Below, piece by piece: positions 58,292-64,000 of a DNA stretch of 64,000 nucleotides. The notes beneath the pieces are model-generated. The model had not been told where the DNA came from, searched no databases, and saw nothing but the letters and a program-made list of their open reading frames with translations. Made by a program: the position numbers and the translations under genes. Within the stretch, counting starts at the first letter, position 1; each line of letters begins with the position of its first letter. This DNA is from Schmidtea polychroa (Eukaryota), in the NCBI GenBank assembly GCA_044892525.1, contig CM097885.1:30816001-30880000 (forward strand), in the 5' to 3' direction.

Positions 58292-59100
58292 TTAGGTTAG
58301 TAAATAAGGAATGTCATTTTCCGCATAGTTGAACGATAACGCATAATATTTGTTTAAATGATTCATTATTTAATGCTATACTGTATATCAATTTAAACTT
58401 TGATTTCAATTTTTTATATTTATATTGGTAATATTAATATTTAAGGTAATTAATCAATGATGAAAAGTAAAGAAATCCAAGCAATTTACCTTTATGAATA
58501 TAAACGAGGTCTGAAAGCATTAGCTACAGCTCAAAATATGGACAAGGAATTTAGCCCAAATACAACAAACGAATCGTACCGTTTAATGATGGTTCACACG
58601 GTTTAGAAAAAGAAAGGAAAAGTGCATTAAAATCAACCATAAGCCCCTGACGATTACGGCAGAGATATAAGTTCCTGAAATCAATGAAATGAATAATAAA
58701 CTTCAGCGTATGTGGTCATGTGTAGTCTTCAGAAAGGCACCAATACATTTATATGACAACGCTTACCTGCATGTCTCAAAAGTGACCATGCTGAAATTCA
58801 ACGAGCTTGGATACGAAATTTTACCTCATCCACCAGACCCAGCGCCTACGGATTTCTATTTCTTCAAACATTTCAGCAACTTTCCACTCGAGAAATGCTT
58901 CAAAAACTAAGGTGTTGCTGAAATGGCCTTCAACGAGTTCGTCGACTCCAAACTTCCTGACTTTTATGTTGTTGTTTCTTGAAAGCAAGCGTGTAAATAG
59001 TAACGGATTTTATTTTAATTATTAAACTTCATTATGAAATGAGTTATTTTCTTTTAAAGTCAACCAGTAAAAAACGACATTTCTTATTTACCAACACAAA
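58292..59100 (+). mobile_element. Deleted mariner element
   Basis: ~29-bp imperfect TIRs (TTAGGTTAGTAAATAAGGAATGTCATTTT / AAAACGACATTTCTTATTTACCAACACAAA); DNAYLH...LGYEILPHPP..APTDFYFF. Confidence 0.85.
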
Positions 59101-60963
59101 TATTTAATATAATAATTCGATTTTATAGGAAATTAGAAAATTTTATATTTCCAACAAATTCCTTAAAAACTGGCTCACAACATCTATTTACGTTGCAAAA
59201 TGTTTCAAAAAGCTATTTAATATAAAAGTAATTAAAAATAAAAATTAATTTCAGCATTTTTCCGTAAAATATATTGCTAACATAAAAATATCCAATTAAG
59301 CGACACGCTTTATTTAGTTCTTTAAATTAATAATATAAATAAGACACACGACCTGGAAACTAAAAATTAGATTGACTGAAGACAAAACGACAAACAATTT
59401 TTCAAGGAAGTGAATTAAATTACATTTGATTGCCAAGTTCTCGAAGTCTTACATTATCTTTAAAATACAGATTTTGTTTTGATACTAATAATAGAAGAAA
59501 TGTATTCATTGAAAATATGTTTACTTATATTTTCATATAAATAAATAACAAGTAAAGAGATAAAGGAATAAAGAAAAATTTAAATACTCACATAAAAAGA
59601 ACAAATCAAATAAAAAAAATGCATAAAATTTAACTTATCAAATTTGATTTGATTTTATATTCGTATTAGAACTAATAAACAGCAAAAATATGAAATTACT
59701 ACGAAGAGATCGTGCCAAATTATTAATAATTATACTTTTAACAAATAATGTTATTGTTAAAAGATAATAGAAATTTGAAATTATTCACATAGAAATTCTT
59801 TTCTCCTCAAAATTAACAATGGAAATTTGTCCAAGAAATGAATTTATTTAAATAAATGAAATTTCTTATGAAGACGTTAAACTTTTAATTATGCAAAAAA
59901 ATTGGAAATGACTTAATCATATAATGCACTACACATTTTCCAGGGGGCAATTTTGAAATATTAAGAAAAGATGAATTTTTAATAAATATCAACCAATGAG
60001 GAATAGGATAAAGGAAATAGTAATTTCAAATTCTTTACTCATAAAACGAAATTTGTGTCTGCAACAAAACTGTATACGTTTGAAGAAACTTAATAAATAA
60101 TAAAATTCCATTCTTCAAAAGTTATAAGTAAAAAACCTAATTGGAAAATATTTCTAAATTTACAAATACAAATGCGAAAATTAGTGAATAGATTTATTTC
60201 GCCTGGGTAGCAACTAAATAATTACTTGGGATTCTGATTGTCAATACATTCCCTTCATACGGTCAAGAAATTAGGGGAGATTTTTGTTGATCTAATTCGT
60301 GCTTATTAATCATTCAAGTTGTCAGATGCAAATTCATACGAATATTTTGAGCTAATTGTTAGCTTTAACTAAGCTTACGAAAATCATTACATTTTGATAT
60401 TCCAAATTTTCATTTTAGAATTCTTCACTTGCTTGACAAAATATTTTCCAAAAGGATATGAAAAAGTAAGTTAGCAAATTATTTGTAAAATTTTCATAAG
60501 GAGAAATAGATTTACTCGACGTGGGTGCACTGTACTTACTTTTGAAGTTAGAACTGATTAATAAATGGAAAAACAAACAAAAATTAAAGAAGAGTTAAAA
60601 TGTACGAAGATTCAAAATATAGTCTAGGGTTAAAAAGAAATAAGGATTTCAAACTTTTACAAAAGTTATTGATTATGAAATGTGAATTAGAATTCAATTT
60701 TATAGATGCAAGCTATATAGGTTGTGTTTACGAAATATAAAGATAAAACCTCCCAACCGGGTGCTGATACCGTTATGAATATTATAACAAGTATACATGT
60801 CAACTGATCTATCGTAAAAATATCACAATTATGGTTCAAGCAATATGGATTTAGTCAAATTGAAAGCTAAATAGAAAAAGCTTATAACAACTAATTAGTC
60901 GCGGAATTATTTATAAAAAAATTATTCAAATAAATAAGTAATACATTTCCAGTGTTTATTAAA

Positions 60964-61158
60964 TGAAAATATTTCGACCTAAAATAGGAAATTTAACTGA
61001 TCTTTTTTCTCTTCCTCTCTGAACTGATTCTTTTGTTTTCTTTTCTTTATCTTCGTATCAAGTGTAGAACAAGAAAAGGAAAAGAAAGATTCAATTAGAG
61101 AAGAAGAGAGAAAAAAAGATTAGAGTAACAGGACCTATCCTAAATCGAAATAGTTTCA
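60964..61158. repeat. Degenerate ~195-bp foldback (old MITE-like)
   Basis: TGAAAATATTTCGACCTAAAATAGG pairs with CCTATCCTAAATCGAAATAGTTTCA; the inner pyrimidine tract is complementary to the following purine tract. Confidence 0.55.
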
Positions 61159-62604
61159 AAACATAGCTTGCCTATTTATTTGAATTATAAAGGCTGAATA
61201 GAATTGCAAAATAGAATTACAAAAAAATTAAGTTTCAAAAATTAAAAATTTCGGAATGTTGTAACCAATTCTTTACACATTCACGAAGTTTCTGAGCAAA
61301 TTTAAAAAATCTCGTCATTAAAACAAATTATCGGTTATTATAATTACTCATACAAAAATTTATTTATACAAATGAATAGTTTAGTTAGCTACAAAGTAAC
61401 AAATTATACCTTTACTGCGTGAATTTTATAATGAAAACTAAATTGAGTTTAAATGAAAATTGAAAAGCAGACTAGGATAAACATAATACTCGTTTATATT
61501 TTATTTATTTTTAGTTTTAAAATTGGTCTAATAAAACTTCTTTCTTATTTTTTCTAATAATCTTACAAATACATTCTATGTCTTCATTCTATAGAAATAG
61601 TAGACAAAATATGGAAATAATCTAGTTTATCAACAATTCCTCTCGTTAAAGATTAGATAAATCGTATTAAAACCAGACCTAATAAAGAAATTTTCATATA
61701 TACTGAATAAAAATTGATACTAGTACTTTTGGTTTTTGGATGACTAATATAATAAAATAAAAAAGTTTCAAATTGATATAAAAAGCTAATATATATATAT
61801 ATATATATTTCGACAGTTTTCTTGTCATCTTCAGGTAGGATAGAAAACCTATTAATCAATAAAATTACTTAAAATTATAATTTAAATAATAAATCAATTT
61901 TCAATTTATAAATATATTTAAAGATTTTAAAATATTTTAAATAATAATAATAATAATAAATTATATATGTGTCTGTGTAAAATTAATTAATTTATTAAAT
62001 TAAATAATCACATCTGTAAAAATCCAGGATAAACAACACTATAGTTATAATTGAAGAAAATATTTATTTCGAAAAAAATAACCCACAATCTTACGCACGA
62101 AATTAAAGCCAAATTAAACTAAAAATTATTAACCAAAAAATGAAGAACAATAGTTGAAATTCTAATAATAAATAATGAGTGTAAAATTTATATTTACAAT
62201 AAATACAATAAAGTATTCATTGAAAATTTATTGTTAAAAACGACAACATTTTCAACCTCATAAATTGGATGACATCTGCATTTGGTATTGCAAATCGACC
62301 CAAATCGACTAAAAGCACATTTATCAATTGGTTTATAAAAAAACTAACAATAGTACATCAAAAATACACCAGTCCTAGAAAGATCTGAAGTTTATTAAAA
62401 CACAATTAATTGATTTTAAGAATAAAAAAGAAATATGAATCCTAATCAGTGGTGAGCTATGGTAAAATCAACTATAGGATCTGACGAACCGAACCACAGC
62501 TCACCATTGATCATAATATATAATCAAGAACAAAATTATAATTTTAAAATTATAAATTCAATTTCAATTACTGATAAACTAGGGAAAATTTTTTTTTATT
62601 TTAA

Positions 62605-62686
62605 TACGTTGACGGACACTTGCGTCTATAGCCGTCATATAGTGTCAATTTTCAAATGTCACTTGTTTCTACTGTCCGTCAATGTG
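62605..62686. mobile_element. 82-bp TTAA-flanked MITE
   Basis: TTAA-TACGTTGACGGACA ... TGTCCGTCAATGTG-TTAA. Confidence 0.7.
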
Positions 62687-64000
62687 TTAAACTTACAAGT
62701 AGTTTGAAATAAATGCCAAAAACAATATATAAAAATTTGTTTTGAAAATTTTGATTTTCCTATTTCCCTTCTTAATTTTCTTAAAAAATATCCAAACATA
62801 CTATAACAGTTCTCCTTCTGTTCATACTCAAACCTTACTAATACTAGATTTTTCAAATTTTGTTTCATTTACGGCATATATTTCAATTAGCTGTTAAACT
62901 AGTCACTTAGTTTCAACTAATATCTTAATATTATCTCAGTCTTAATATATTCTCAGTCACCAGTAAAAGTTTATAAAAATATATTTTTGCATCATATTTT
63001 GAGCTGCCACGATAATAACCTTCTAAAACCAATATTTTTTATCTTCATGCCCATTTACCAATCGAATTTTTTCCCTAGATATTAGTTAAAGATTTTTTTG
63101 TCTTTGTACATTTTTGTGTTTTTCACACCCTTCTAAATGTTTTTCATTCATTTTATCCTTGGAAATTTTATAAAATTTCATTCCAATAATTAATTATTTA
63201 TCGATTTTCTATCACCGCCTTTCACATTCACACACACACTTTCTGCAAATTCTGATGAAATTCTGTTCGTTGATAATAATATCCTTTCTCTTCGATTTTT
63301 CAAATATACCTTTCTCTTCTTATTTCATTTTTAATTGTAAGATTATTTTCAATAACTCCAGCAATATAAAAATTAATAAAATTAAAAATAAAATTTCAAA
63401 ATATTTTCAGCAAATATTATTTCTAAGATTCCTGAAATGGAAAATCATATTATTAAAATAATATAGGAAACGGAAATTTATGTTATTTAGATATTGAAAT
63501 TATTAGGTGTTCCAAGTTGAAATAAAATTAAATTAAAAGGTATGGACATTTTTCTTATTATCTATGTAGTTTAGCAAGGATTTCATAAATGCCAAAAATA
63601 TTCATATTTACCTATATTATATAAAATGAAGATGGAGATGAAAAGAGTGAATTTTCAACAAGAATCAAGAAATACTTCGGAGACAAATTCTTTTGGAATT
63701 GAAGAATTCTCGAATACACTAAGTGAACTGGATGAAATAACAGAACAATATTAAACTTTTAAATGCTTTGGGGAACAAACAACGAATGATTTTCGGAGTA
63801 TCTAGTTAATTAATCCCATGTTTTAATATATTAAATGCAATAAAAATGAAGATATGAAAGCGCCACCAAATGACAAATATGTCCTCTGTTGAAAATCAAA
63901 AATTTAGATTAATGTTCAAGGTGGAAATTGATTTTGTCGAAATTAAAGTCAATAAATCTAGAATTTATATTTTAAAATTTGTTGCCATCTAAAATAAAAT

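Overview
Very AT-rich, intron-containing eukaryotic DNA. The (AAT)n/(TA)n tracts, 43-52 bp introns and transposon content suggest a planarian or similar invertebrate, but that is inference. There are two host genes, both on the minus strand: a complete 8-coding-exon Na+/Ca2+ exchanger (NCX/SLC8 family, about 921 aa, 13119-23602) and the 3' part of an unidentified Ser/Thr/Asn-rich multi-exon gene (33766-54073). Most of the rest is transposon-derived, with three nests resolved by their target-site duplications (TSDs): (1) a ~71-bp TTAA MITE containing a Buster-type hAT, which contains a young 4.7-kb Ty3/Gypsy element with 152-bp AGTTA...TAACT LTRs, intact pol and a -1 frameshift signal; (2) a probable solo LTR containing a hAT MITE, which contains a hAT deletion derivative; (3) a deleted Ty3/Gypsy element containing a Tip100/ZMYM1-like hAT. 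The most unusual signal is a ~500-bp foldback at 41184-41682. Each arm carries a minimal type I hammerhead ribozyme motif of the Penelope/retrozyme kind, one with an intact core and one mutated, and a third degenerate copy lies at 24541. No rRNA, tRNA or CRISPR array was seen.
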